From positions 19,654,001-19,718,000 of the forward strand of contig OZ059897.1 of NCBI GenBank assembly GCA_964057225.1: a DNA stretch of 64,000 bases, read 5' to 3'. This stretch comes from Auanema rhodensis. Taxonomy: Eukaryota > Animalia > Nematoda. The notes beneath the pieces were generated by a model. That model was given only the letters and a program-made list of their open reading frames with translations, searched no databases and had not been told where the DNA came from. Position numbers and translations under genes: made by a program. Below, piece after piece: positions 42,116-56,800 of the stretch; position 1 is the first letter of the stretch, and the number at the start of each line of letters is the position of its first letter.

Positions 42116-43870
42116 GAATGCACTATACTACATTGAGAAACGCTTAATACAAAAATTAGTTATGATCGTTTGAAAAATGATGCATTAGTGTATGTTGAGT
42201 TTCCATGTACACTCAACATTGCTTCCAAAAACATTTTGACAAAAATTTTTTCGAAAAATTTCAAAATGATTTAGCAAAAAGTAGATGTTTTTAGATTCCA
42301 TTTTTCAAGGCAAAGACGATGGACAATGTTATTCAACGAAAAAATTAATTCTTCAGGGTGAAAATCGAGGATATAAGTGTGAACTTATATCAGTTGATAT
42401 CTCGGTGCATTTTTAAGCTAGCGCAAATCTGATAACACAGATCGACGCAGCTTAAAAATCCGCATCGAATGCACTATACTACATTGAGAAACGCTTAATA
42501 CAAAAATTAGTTATGATCGTTTGAAAAATGATGCATTAGTGTATGTTGAGTTTCCATGTACACTCAACATTGCTTCCAAAAACATTTTGACAAAAATTTT
42601 TTCGAAAAATTTCAAAATAATTTAGCAAAAAGTAGATGTTTTTAGATTCCATTTTTCAAGGCAAAGACGATGGACAATGTTATTCAACGAAAAAATTAAT
42701 TCTTCAGGGTGAAAATCGAGGATATAAGTGTGAACTTATATCAGTTGATATCTCGGTGCATTTTTAAGCTAGCGCAAATCTGATAACACAGATCGACGCA
42801 GCTTAAAAATCCGCATCGAATGCACTATACTACATTGAGAAACGCTTAATACAAAAATTAGTTATGATCGTTTGAAAAATGATGCATTAGTGTATGTTGA
42901 GTTTCCATGTACACTCAACATTGCTTCCAAAAACATTTTGACAAAAATTTTTTCGAAAAATTTCAAAATAATTTAGCAAAAAGTAGATGTTTTTAGATTC
43001 CTTTTTTCAAGGCAAAGACGATGGACAATGTTATTCAACGAAAAAATTAATTCTTCAGGGTGAAAATCGGGTATATATGTGTGAACTTATATCAGTTGAT
43101 ATCTCGGTGCATTTTTAAGCTAGCGCAAATCTGATAACACAGATCGACGCAGCTTAAAAATCCGCATCGAATGCACTATACTACATTGAGAAACGCTTAA
43201 TACAAAAATTAGTTATGATCGTTTGAAAAATGATGCATTAGTGTATGTTGAGTTTCCATGTACACTCAACATTGCTTCCAAAAACATTTTGACAAAAATT
43301 TTTTCGAAAAATTTCAAAATGATTTAGCAAAAAGTAGATGTTTTTAGATTCCATTTTTCAAGGCAAAGACGATGGACAATGTTATTCAACGAAAAAATTA
43401 ATTCTTCAGGGTGAAAATCGAGGATATAAGTGTGAACTTATATCAGTTGATATCTCGGTGCATTTTTAAGCTAGCGCAAATCTGATAACACAGATCGACG
43501 CAGCTTAAAAATCCGCATCGAATGCACTATACTACATTGAGAAACGCTTAATACAAAAATTAGTTATGATCGTTTGAAAAATGATGCATTAGTGTATGTT
43601 GAGTTTCCATGTACACTCAACATTGCTTCCAAAAACATTTTGACAAAAATTTTTTCGAAAAATTTCAAAATAATTTAGCAAAAAGTAGATGTTTTTAGAT
43701 TCCATTTTTCAAGGCAAAGACGATGGACAATGTTATTCAACGAAAAAATTAATTCTTCAGGGTGAAAATCGAGGATATAAGTGTGAACTTATATCAGTTG
43801 ATATCTCGGTGCATTTTTAAGCTAGCGCAAATCTGATAACACAGATCGACGCAGCTTAAAAATCCGCATC

Positions 43871-45976
43871 GAATGCACTATACTACATTGAGAAACGCTT
43901 AATACAAAAATTAGTTATGATCGTTTGAAAAATGATGCATTAGTGTATGTTGAGTTTCCATGTACACTCAACATTGCTTCCAAAAACATTTTGACAAAAA
44001 TTTTTTCGAAAAATTTCAAAATAATTTAGCAAAAAGTAGATGTTTTTAGATTCCATTTTTCAAGGCAAAGACGATAGACAATGTTATTCAACGAAAAAAT
44101 TAATTCTTCAGGGTGAAAATCGAGGATATAAGTGTGAACTTATATCAGTTGATATCTCGGTGCATTTTTAAGCTAGCGCAAATCTGATAACACAGATCGA
44201 CGCAGCTTAAAAATCCGCATCGAATGCACTATACTACATTGAGAAACGCTTAATACAAAAATTAGTTATGATCGTTTGAAAAATGATGCATTAGTGTATG
44301 TTGAGTTTCCATGTACACTCAACATTGCTTCCAAAAACATTTTGACAAAAATTTTTTCGAAAAATTTCAAAATGATTTAGCAAAAAGTAGATGTTTTTAG
44401 ATTCCATTTTTCAAGGCAAAGACGATGGACAATGTTATTCAACGAAAAAATTAATTCTTCAGGGTGAAAATCGAGGATATAAGTGTGAACTTATATCAGT
44501 TGATATCTCGGTGCATTTTTAAGCTAGCGCAAATCTGATAACACAGATCGACGCAGCTTAAAAATCCGCATCGAATGCACTATACTACATTGAGAAACGC
44601 TTAATACAAAAATTAGTTATGATCGTTTGAAAAATGATGCATTAGTGTATGTTGAGTTTCCATGTACACTCAACATTGCTTCCAAAAACATTTTGACAAA
44701 AATTTTTTCGAAAAATTTCAAAATAATTTAGCAAAAAGTAGATGTTTTTAGATTCCATTTTTCAAGGCAAAGACGATAGACAATGTTATTCAACGAAAAA
44801 ATTAATTCTTCAGGGTGAAAATCGAGGATATAAGTGTGAACTTATATCAGTTGATATCTCGGTGCATTTTTAAGCTAGCGCAAATCTGATAACACAGATC
44901 GACGCAGCTTAAAAATCCGCATCGAATGCACTATACTACATTGAGAAACGCTTAATACAAAAATTAGTTATGATCGTTTGAAAAATGATGCATTAGTGTA
45001 TGTTGAGTTTCCATGTACACTCAACATTGCTTCCAAAAACATTTTGACAAAAATTTTTTCGAAAAATTTCAAAATGATTTAGCAAAAAGTAGATGTTTTT
45101 AGATTCCATTTTTCAAGGCAAAGACGATGGACAATGTTATTCAACGAAAAAATTAATTCTTCAGGGTGAAAATCGAGGATATAAGTGTGAACTTATATCA
45201 GTTGATATCTCGGTGCATTTTTAAGCTAGCGCAAATCTGATAACACAGATCGACGCAGCTTAAAAATCCGCATCGAATGCACTATACTACATTGAGAAAC
45301 GCTTAATACAAAAATTAGTTATGATCGTTTGAAAAATGATGCATTAGTGTATGTTGAGTTTCCATGTACACTCAACATTGCTTCCAAAAACATTTTGACA
45401 AAAATTTTTTCGAAAAATTTCAAAATAATTTAGCAAAAAGTAGATGTTTTTAGATTCCATTTTTCAAGGCAAAGACGATAGACAATGTTATTCAACGAAA
45501 AAATTAATTCTTCAGGGTGAAAATCGAGGATATAAGTGTGAACTTATATCAGTTGATATCTCGGTGCATTTTTAAGCTAGCGCAAATCTGATAACACAGA
45601 TCGACGCAGCTTAAAAATCCGCATCGAATGCACTATACTACATTGAGAAACGCTTAATACAAAAATTAGTTATGATCGTTTGAAAAATGATGCATTAGTG
45701 TATGTTGAGTTTCCATGTACACTCAACATTGCTTCCAAAAACATTTTGACAAAAATTTTTTCGAAAAATTTCAAAATGATTTAGCAAAAAGTAGATGTTT
45801 TTAGATTCCATTTTTCAAGGCAAAGACGATGGACAATGTTATTCAACGAAAAAATTAATTCTTCAGGGTGAAAATCGAGGATATAAGTGTGAACTTATAT
45901 CAGTTGATATCTCGGTGCATTTTTAAGCTAGCGCAAATCTGATAACACAGATCGACGCAGCTTAAAAATCCGCATC
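43871..45976. repeat. 2-mer higher-order repeat (702-bp period), 3 copies
   Basis: GATAG monomers (43871, 44573, 45275) alternate with AAATGATTT monomers (44222, 44924, 45626). Confidence 0.88.
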
Positions 45977-48900
45977 GAATGCACTATACTACATTGAGAA
46001 ACGCTTAATACAAAAATTAGTTATGATCGTTTGAAAAATGATGCATTAGTGTATGTTGAGTTTCCATGTACACTCAACATTGCTTCCAAAAACATTTTGA
46101 CAAAAATTTTTTTGAAAAAATTCAAAATAGTTTAGCAAAAAGTAGATGTTTTTAGATTCCTTTTTTCAAGGCAAAGACGATGGACAATGTTATTCAACGA
46201 AAAAATTAATTCTTCAGGGTGAAAATCGAGGATATAAGTGTGAACTTATATCAGTTGATATCTCGGTGCATTTTTAAGCTAGCGCAAATCTGATAACACA
46301 GATCGACGCAGCTTAAAAATCCGCATCGAATGCACTATACTACATTGAGAAACGCTTAATACAAAAATTAGTTATGATCGTTTGAAAAATGATGCATTAG
46401 TGTATGTTGAGTTTCCATGTACACTCAACATTGCTTCCAAAAACATTTTGACAAAAATTTTTTCGAAAAATTTCAAAATAATTTAGCAAAAAGTAGATGT
46501 TTTTAGATTTCTTTTTTCAAGGCAAAGACGATGGACAATGTTATTCAACGAAAAAATTATTTCTTCAGGGTGAAAATCGAGGATATAAGTGTGAACTTAT
46601 ATCAGTTGATATCTCGGTGCATTTTTAAGCTAGCGCAAATCTGATAACACAGATCGACGCAGCTTAAAAATCCGCATCGAATGCACTATACTACATTGAA
46701 AAACGCTTGATACAAAAATTAGTTATGATCTTTTGAAAAATGATGCATTAGTGTATGTTGAGTTTCCATGTACACTCAACATTGCTTCCAAAAACATTTT
46801 GACAAAAATTTTTTCGAAAAATTTCAAAATAATTTAGCAAAAAGTAGATGTTTTTAGATTCCATTTCTCAAGGCAAAGACGATAGACAATGTTATTCAAC
46901 GAAAAAATTAATTCTTCAGGGTGAAAATCGAGGATATAAGTGTGAACTTATATCAGTTGATATCTCGGTGCATTTTTAAGCTAGCGCAAATCTGATAACA
47001 CAGATCGACGCAGCTTAAAAATCCGCATCGAATGCACTATACTACATTGAGAAACGCTTAATACAAAAATAAGTTATGATCGTTTGAAAAATGATGCATT
47101 AGTGTATGTTGAGTTTCCATGTACACTCAACATTGCTTCCAAAAACATTTTGACAAAAATTTTTTCGAAAAATTTCAAAATAATTTAGCAAAAAGTAGAT
47201 GTTTTTATATTCCATTTTTCAAGGCAAAGACGATAGACAATGTTATTCAACGAAAAAATTAATTCTTCAGGGTGAAAATCGAGGATATAAGTGTGAACTT
47301 ATATCAGTTGATATCTCGGTGCATTTTTAAGCTAGCGCAAATCTGATAACACAGATCGACGCAGCTTAAAAATCCGCATCGAATGCACTATACTACATAG
47401 AAGAACGCTTAATACAAAAATTAGTTATGATCGTTTGAAAAATGATGCATTAGTGTATGTTGAGTTTCCATGTACACTCAACATTGCTTCCAAAAACATT
47501 TTGACAAAAATTTTTTCGAAAAATTTCAAAATAATTTAGCAAAAAGTAGATGTTTTTAGATTCCATTTTTCAAGGCAAAGACGATGGACAATGTTATTCA
47601 ACGAAAAAATTAATTCTTCAGGGTGAAAATCGAGGATATAAGTGTGAACTTATATCAGTTGATATCTCGGTGCATTTTTAAGCTAGCGCAAATCTGATAA
47701 CACAGATCGACGCAGCTTAAAAATCCGCATCGAATGCACTATACTACATTGAGAAACGCTTAATACAAAAATTAGTTATGATCGTTTGAAAAATGATGCA
47801 TTAGTGTATGTTGAGTTTCCATGTACACTCAACATTGCTTCCAAAAACATTTTGACAAAAATTTTTTTGAAAAAATTCAAAATAATTTAGCAAAAAGTAG
47901 ATGTTTTTAGATTCCTTTTTTCAAGGCAAAGACGATGGACAATGTTATTCAACGAAAAAATTATTTCTTCAGGGTGAAAATCGAGGATATAAGTGTGAAC
48001 TTATATCAGTTGATATCTCGGTGCATTTTTAAGCTAGCGCAAATCTGATAACACAGATCGACGCAGCTTAAAAATCCGCATCGAATGCACTATACTACAT
48101 TGAGAAACGCTTAATACAAAAATTAGTTATGATCGTTTGAAAAATGATGCATTAGTGTATGTTGAGTTTCCATGTACACTCAACATTGCTTCCAAAAACA
48201 TTTTGACAAAAATTTTTTTGAAAAAATTCAAAATAATTTAGCAAAAAGTAGATGTTTTTAGATTCCATTTTTCAAGGCAAAGACGATGGACAATGTTATT
48301 CAACGAAAAAATTAATTCTTCAGGGTGAAAATCGAGGATATAAGTGTGAACTTATATCAGTTGATATCTCGGTGCATTTTTAAGCTAGCGCAAATCTGAT
48401 AACACAGATCGACGCAGCTTAAAAATCCGCATCGAATGCACTATACTACATTGAGAAACGCTTAATACAAAAATTAGTTATGATCGTTTGAAAAATGATG
48501 CATTAGTGTATGTTGAGTTTCCATGTACACTCAACATTGCTTCCAAAAACATTTTGACAAAAATTTTTTTGAAAAAATTCAAAATAATTTAGCAAAAAGT
48601 AGATGTTTTTAGATTCCTTTTTTCAAGGCAAAGACGATGGACAATGTTATTCAACGAAAAAATTATTTCTTCAGGGTGAAAATCGAGGATATAAGTGTGA
48701 ACTTATATCAGTTGATATCTCGGTGCATTTTTAAGCTAGCGCAAATCTGATAACACAGATCGACGCAGCTTAAAAATCCGCATCGAATGCACTATACTAC
48801 ATTGAGAAACGCTTAATACAAAAATTAGTTATGATCGTTTGAAAAATGATGCATTAGTGTATGTTGAGTTTCCATGTACACTCAACATTGCTTCCAAAAA

Positions 48901-50888
48901 CATTTTGACAAAAATTTTTTTGAAAAAATTCAAAATAATTTAGCAAAAAGTAGATGTTTTTAGATTCCTTTTTTCAAGGCAAAGACGATGGACAATGTTA
49001 TTCAACGAAAAAATTATTTCTTCAGGGTGAAAATCGAGGATATAAGTGTGAACTTATATCAGTTGATATCTCGGTGCATTTTTAAGCTAGCGCAAATCTG
49101 ATAACACAGATCGACGCAGCTTAAAAATCCGCATCGAATGCACTATACTACATTGAAAAACGCTTGATACAAAATTAGTTATGATCTTTTGAAAAATGAT
49201 GCATTAGTGTATGTTGAGTTTCCATGTACACTCAACATTGCTTCCAAAAACATTTTGACAAAAATTTTTTCGAAAAATTTCAAAATAATTTAGCAAAAAG
49301 TAGATGTTTTTAGATTCCATTTCTCAAGGCAAAGACGATAGACAATGTTATTCAACGAAAAAATTAATTCTTCAGGGTGAAAATCGAGGATATAAGTGTG
49401 AACTTATATCAGTTGATATCTCGGTGCATTTTTAAGCTAGCGCAAATCTGATAACACAGATCGACGCAGCTTAAAAATCCGCATCGAATGCACTATACTA
49501 CATTGAGAAACGCTTGATACAAAAATTAGTTATGATCGTTTGAAAAATGATGCATTAGTGTATGTTGAGTTTCCATGTACACTCAACATTGCTTCCAGAA
49601 ACATTTTGACAAAAATTTTTTCGAAAAATTTCAAAATAATTTAGCAAAAAGTAGATGTTTTTAGATTCCATTTTTCAAGGCAAAGACGATGGACAATGTT
49701 ATTCAACGAAAAAATTAATTCTTCAGGGTGAAAATCGAGGATATAAGTGTGAACTTATATCAGTTGATATCTCGGTGCATTTTTAAGCTAGCGCAAATCT
49801 GATAACACAGATCGACGCAGCTTAAAAATCCGCATCGAATGCACTATACTACATTGAGAAACGCTTAATACAAAAATTAGTTATGATCGTTTGAAAAATG
49901 ATGCATTAGTGTATGTTGAGTTTCCATGTACACTCAACATTGCTTCCAAAAACATTTTGACAAAAATTTTTTTGAAAAAATTCAAAATAATTTAGCAAAA
50001 AGTAGATGTTTTTAGATTCCTTTTTTCAAGGCAAAGACGATGGACAATGTTATTCAACGAAAAAATTATTTCTTCAGGGTGAAAATCGAGGATATAAGTG
50101 TGAACTTATATCAGTTGATATCTCGGTGCATTTTTAAGCTAGCGCAAATCTGATAACACAGATCGACGCAGCTTAAAAATCCGCATCGAATGCACTATAC
50201 TACATTGAGAAACGCTTAATACAAAAATTAGTTATGATCGTTTGAAAAATGATGCATTAGTGTATGTTGAGTTTCCATGTACACTCAACATTGCTTCCAA
50301 AAACATTTTGACAAAAATTTTTTCGAAAAATTTCAAAATAATTTAGCAAAAAGTAGATGTTTTTAGATTCCATTTTTCAAGGCAAAGACGATGGACAATG
50401 TTATTCAACGAAAAAATTATTTCTTCAGGGTGAAAATCGAGGATATAAGTGTGAACTTATATCAGTTGATATCTCGGTGCATTTTTAAGCTAGCGCAAAT
50501 CTGATAACACAGATCGACGCAGCTTAAAAATCCGCATCGAATGCACTATACTACATTGAAAAACGCTTGATACAAAATTAGTTATGATCTTTTGAAAAAT
50601 GATGCATTAGTGTATGTTGAGTTTCCATGTACACTCAACATTGCTTCCAAAAACATTTTGACAAAAATTTTTTCGAAAAATTTCAAAATAATTTAGCAAA
50701 AAGTAGATGTTTTTAGATTCCATTTCTCAAGGCAAAGACGATGGACAATGTTATTCAACGAAAAAATTAATTCTTCAGGGTGAAAATCGAGGATATAAGT
50801 GTGAACTTATATCAGTTGATATCTCGGTGCATTTTTAAGCTAGCGCAAATCTGATAACACAGATCGACGCAGCTTAAAAATCCGCATC

Positions 50889-53800
50889 GAATGCACTATA
50901 CTACATTGAGAAACGCTTAATACAAAAATTAGTTATGATCGTTTGAAAAATGATGCATTAGTGTATGTTGAGTTTCCATGTACACTCAACATTGCTTCCA
51001 AAAACATTTTGACAAAAATTTTTTCGAAAAATTTCAAAATAATTTAGCAAAAAGTAGATGTTTTTAGATTCCATTTTTCAAGGCAAAGACGATAGACAAT
51101 GTTATTCAACGAAAAAATTAATTCTTCAGGGTGAAAATCGAGGATATAAGTGTGAACTTATATCAGTTGATATCTCGGTGCATTTTTAAGCTAGCGCAAA
51201 TCTGATAACACAGATCGACGCAGCTTAAAAATCCGCATCGAATGCACTATACTACATTGAGAAACGCTTAATACAAAAATTAGTTATGATCGTTTGAAAA
51301 ATGATGCATTAGTGTATGTTGAGTTTCCATGTACACTCAACATTGCTTCCAAAAACATTTTGACAAAAATTTTTTCGAAAAATTTCAAAATAATTTAGCA
51401 AAAAGTAGATGTTTTTAGATTCCATTTTTCAAGGCAAAGACGATGGACAATGTTATTCAACGAAAAAATTAATTCTTCAGGGTGAAAATCGAGGATATAA
51501 GTGTGAACTTATATCAGTTGATATCTCGGTGCATTTTTAAGCTAGCGCAAATCTGATAACACAGATCGACGCAGCTTAAAAATCCGCATCGAATGCACTA
51601 TACTACATTGAGAAACGCTTAATACAAAAATTAGTTATGATCGTTTGAAAAATGATGCATTAGTGTATGTTGAGTTTCCATGTACACTCAACATTGCTTC
51701 CAAAAACATTTTGACAAAAATTTTTTTGAAAAAATTCAAAATAATTTAGCAAAAAGTAGATGTTTTTAGATTCCTTTTTTCAAGGCAAAGACGATGGACA
51801 ATGTTATTCAACGAAAAAATTATTTCTTCAGGGTGAAAATCGAGGATATAAGTGTGAACTTATATCAGTTGATATCTCGGTGCATTTTTAAGCTAGCGCA
51901 AATCTGATAACACAGATCGACGCAGCTTAAAAATCCGCATCGAATGCACTATACTACATTGAGAAACGCTTAATACAAAAATTAGTTATGATCGTTTGAA
52001 AAATGATGCATTAGTGTATGTTGAGTTTCCATGTACACTCAACATTGCTTCCAAAAACATTTTGACAAAAATTTTTTCGAAAAATTTCAAAATAATTTAG
52101 CAAAAAGTAGATGTTTTTAGATTCCTTTTTTCAAGGCAAAGACGATGGACAATGTGATTCAACGAAAAAATTATTTCTTCAGGGTGAAAATCGAGGATAT
52201 AAGTGTGAACTTATATCAGTTGATATCTCGGTGCATTTTTAAGCTAGCGCAAATCTGATAACACAGATCGACGCAGCTTAAAAATCCGCATCGAATGCAC
52301 TATACTACATTGAGAAACGCTTAATACAAAAATTAGTTATGATCGTTTGAAAAATGATGCATTAGTGTATGTTGAGTTTCCATGTACACTCAACATTGCT
52401 TCCAAAAACATTTTGACAAAAATTTTTTCGAAAAATTTCAAAATAATTTAGCAAAAAGTAGATGTTTTTAGATTCCATTTTTCAAGGCAAAGACGATAGA
52501 CAATGTTATTCAACGAAAAAATTAATTCTTCAGGGTGAAAATCGAGGATATAAGTGTGAACTTATATCAGTTGATATCTCGGTGCATTTTTAAGCTAGCG
52601 CAAATCTGATAACACAGATCGACGCAGCTTAAAAATCCGCATCGAATGCACTATACTACATTGAGAAACGCTTAATACAAAAATTAGTTATGATCGTTTG
52701 AAAAATGATGCATTAGTGTATGTTGAGTTTCCATGTACACTCAACATTGCTTCCAAAAACATTTTGACAAAAATTTTTTCGAAAAATTTCAAAATAATTT
52801 AGCAAAAAGTAGATGTTTTTAGATTCCATTTCTCAAGGCAAAGACGATGGACAATGTTATTCAACGAAAAAATTAATTCTTCAGGGTGAAAATCGAGGAT
52901 ATAAGTGTGAACTTATATCAGTTGATATCTCGGTGCATTTTTAAGCTAGCGCAAATCTGATAACACAGATCGACGCAGCTTAAAAATCCGCATCGAATGC
53001 ACTATACTACATTGAGAAACGCTTAATACAAAAATTAGTTATGATCGTTTGAAAAATGATGCATTAGTGTATGTTGAGTTTCCATGTACACTCAACATTG
53101 CTTCCAAAAACATTTTGACAAAAATTTTTTCGAAAAATTTCAAAATAATTTAGCAAAAAGTAGATGTTTTTAGATTCCATTTTTCAAGGCAAAGACGATA
53201 GACAATGTTATTCAACGAAAAAATTAATTCTTCAGGGTGAAAATCGAGGATATAAGTGTGAACTTATATCAGTTGATATCTCGGTGCATTTTTAAGCTAG
53301 CGCAAATCTGATAACACAGATCGACGCAGCTTAAAAATCCGCATCGAATGCACTATACTACATTGAGAAACGCTTAATACAAAAATTAGTTATGATCGTT
53401 TGAAAAATGATGCATTAGTGTATGTTGAGTTTCCATGTACACTCAACATTGCTTCCAAAAACATTTTGACAAAAATTTTTTCGAAAAATTTCAAAATAAT
53501 TTAGCAAAAAGTAGATGTTTTTAGATTCCATTTTTCAAGGCAAAGACGATGGACAATGTTATTCAACGAAAAAATTAATTCTTCAGGGTGAAAATCGAGG
53601 ATATAAGTGTGAACTTATATCAGTTGATATCTCGGTGCATTTTTAAGCTAGCGCAAATCTGATAACACAGATCGACGCAGCTTAAAAATCCGCATCGAAT
53701 GCACTATACTACATTGAGAAACGCTTAATACAAAAATTAGTTATGATCGTTTGAAAAATGATGCATTAGTGTATGTTGAGTTTCCATGTACACTCAACAT

Positions 53801-56800
53801 TGCTTCCAAAAACATTTTGACAAAAATTTTTTTGAAAAAATTCAAAATAATTTAGCAAAAAGTAGATGTTTTTAGATTCCTTTTTTCAAGGCAAAGACGA
53901 TGGACAATGTTATTCAACGAAAAAATTATTTCTTCAGGGTGAAAATCGAGGATATAAGTGTGAACTTATATCAGTTGATATCTCGGTGCATTTTTAAGCT
54001 AGCGCAAATCTGATAACACAGATCGACGCAGCTTAAAAATCCGCATCGAATGCACTATACTACATTGAGAAACGCTTAATACAAAAATTAGTTATGATCG
54101 TTTGAAAAATGATGCATTAGTGTATGTTGAGTTTCCATGTACACTCAACATTGCTTCCAAAAACATTTTGACAAAAATTTTTTCGAAAAATTTCAAAATA
54201 ATTTAGCAAAAAGTAGATGTTTTTAGATTCCTTTTTTCAAGGCAAAGACGATGGACAATGTGATTCAACGAAAAAATTATTTCTTCAGGGTGAAAATCGA
54301 GGATATAAGTGTGAACTTATATCAGTTGATATCTCGGTGCATTTTTAAGCTAGCGCAAATCTGATAACACAGATCGACGCAGCTTAAAAATCCGCATCGA
54401 ATGCACTATACTACATTGAGAAACGCTTAATACAAAAATTAGTTATGATCGTTTGAAAAATGATGCATTAGTGTATGTTGAGTTTCCATGTACACTCAAC
54501 ATTGCTTCCAAAAACATTTTGACAAAAATTTTTTCGAAAAATTTCAAAATAATTTAGCAAAAAGTAGATGTTTTTAGATTCCATTTTTCAAGGCAAAGAC
54601 GATAGACAATGTTATTCAACGAAAAAATTAATTCTTCAGGGTGAAAATCGAGGATATAAGTGTGAACTTATATCAGTTGATATCTCGGTGCATTTTTAAG
54701 CTAGCTCAAATCTGATAACACAGATCGACGCAGCTTAAAAATCCGCATCGAATGCACTATACTACATTGAGAAACGCTTAATACAAAAATTAGTTATGAT
54801 CGTTTGAAAAATGATGCATTAGTGTATGTTGAGTTTCCATGTACACTCAACATTGCTTCCAAAAACATTTTGACAAAAATTTTTTCGAAAAATTTCAAAA
54901 TAATTTAGCAAAAAGTAGATGTTTTTAGATTCCATTTTTCAAGGCAAAGACGATGGACAATGTTATTCAACGAAAAAATTAATTCTTCAGGGTGAAAATC
55001 GAGGATATAAGTGTGAACTTATATCAGTTGATATCTCGGTGCATTTTTAAGCTAGCGCAAATCTGATAACACAGATCGACGCAGCTTAAAAATCCGCATC
55101 GAATGCACTATACTACATTGAGAAACGCTTAATACAAAAATTAGTTATGATCGTTTGAAAAATGATGCATTAGTGTATGTTGAGTTTCCATGTACACTCA
55201 ACATTGCTTCCAAAAACATTTTGACAAAAATTTTTTCGAAAAATTTCAAAATAATTTAGCAAAAAGTAGATGTTTTTAGATTCCATTTTTCAAGGCAAAG
55301 ACGATGGACAATGTTATTCAACGAAAAAATTAATTCTTCAGGGTGAAAATCGAGGATATAAGTGTGAACTTATATCAGTTGATATCTCGGTGCATTTTTA
55401 AGCTAGCGCAAATCTGATAACACAGATCGACGCAGCTTAAAAATCCGCATCGAATGCACTATACTACATTGAGAAACGCTTAATACAAAAATTAGTTATG
55501 ATCGTTTGAAAAATGATGCATTAGTGTATGTTGAGTTTCCATGTACACTCAACATTGCTTCCAAAAACATTTTGACAAAAATTTTTTTGAAAAAATTCAA
55601 AATAATTTAGCAAAAAGTAGATGTTTTGAGATTCCTTTTTTCAAGGCAAAGACGATGGACAATGTTATTCAACGAAAAAATTATTTCTTCAGGGTGAAAA
55701 TCGAGGATATAAGTGTGAACTTATATCAGTTGATATCTCGGTGCATTTTTAAGCTAGCGCAAATCTGATAACACAGATCGACGCAGCTTAAAAATCCGCA
55801 TCGAATGCACTATACTACATTGAGAAACGCTTAATACAAAAATTAGTTATGATCGTTTGAAAAATGATGCATTAGTGTATGTTGAGTTTCCATGTACACT
55901 CAACATTGCTTCCAAAAACATTTTGACAAAAATTTTTTCGAAAAATTTCAAAATAATTTAGCAAAAAGTAGATGTTTTTAGATTCCATTTTTCAAGGCAA
56001 AGACGATAGACAATGTTATTCAACGAAAAAATTAATTCTTCAGGGTGAAAATCGAGGATATAAGTGTGAACTTATATCAGTTGATATCTCGGTGCATTTT
56101 TAAGCTAGCGCAAATCTGATAACACAGATCGACGCAGCTTAAAAATCCGCATCGAATGCACTATACTACATTGAGAAACGCTTAATACAAAAATTAGTTA
56201 TGATCGTTTGAAAAATGATGCATTAGTGTATGTTGAGTTTCCATGTACACTCAACATTGCTTCCAAAAACATTTTGACAAAAATTTTTTCGAAAAATTTC
56301 AAAATAATTTAGCAAAAAGTAGATGTTTTTAGATTCCATTTTTCAAGGCAAAGACGATGGACAATGTTATTCAACGAAAAAATTAATTCTTCAGGGTGAA
56401 AATCGAGGATATAAGTGTGAACTTATATCAGTTGATATCTCGGTGCATTTTTAAGCTAGCGCAAATCTGATAACACAGATCGACGCAGCTTAAAAATCCG
56501 CATCGAATGCACTATACTACATTGAGAAACGCTTAATACAAAAATTAGTTATGATCGTTTGAAAAATGATGCATTAGTGTATGTTGAGTTTCCATGTACA
56601 CTCAACATTGCTTCCAAAAACATTTTGACAAAAATTTTTTTGAAAAAATTCAAAATAATTTAGCAAAAAGTAGATGTTTTTAGATTCCTTTTTTCAAGGC
56701 AAAGACGATGGACAATGTTATTCAACGAAAAAATTATTTCTTCAGGGTGAAAATCGAGGATATAAGTGTGAACTTATATCAGTTGATATCTCGGTGCATT

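Noticed and set aside
55541-55768. 75-aa ORF MYTQHCFQ... (related copy at 59051-59278)
   Set aside because: Chance loss of two stops in single monomers, with no recognisable domain and no gene context.
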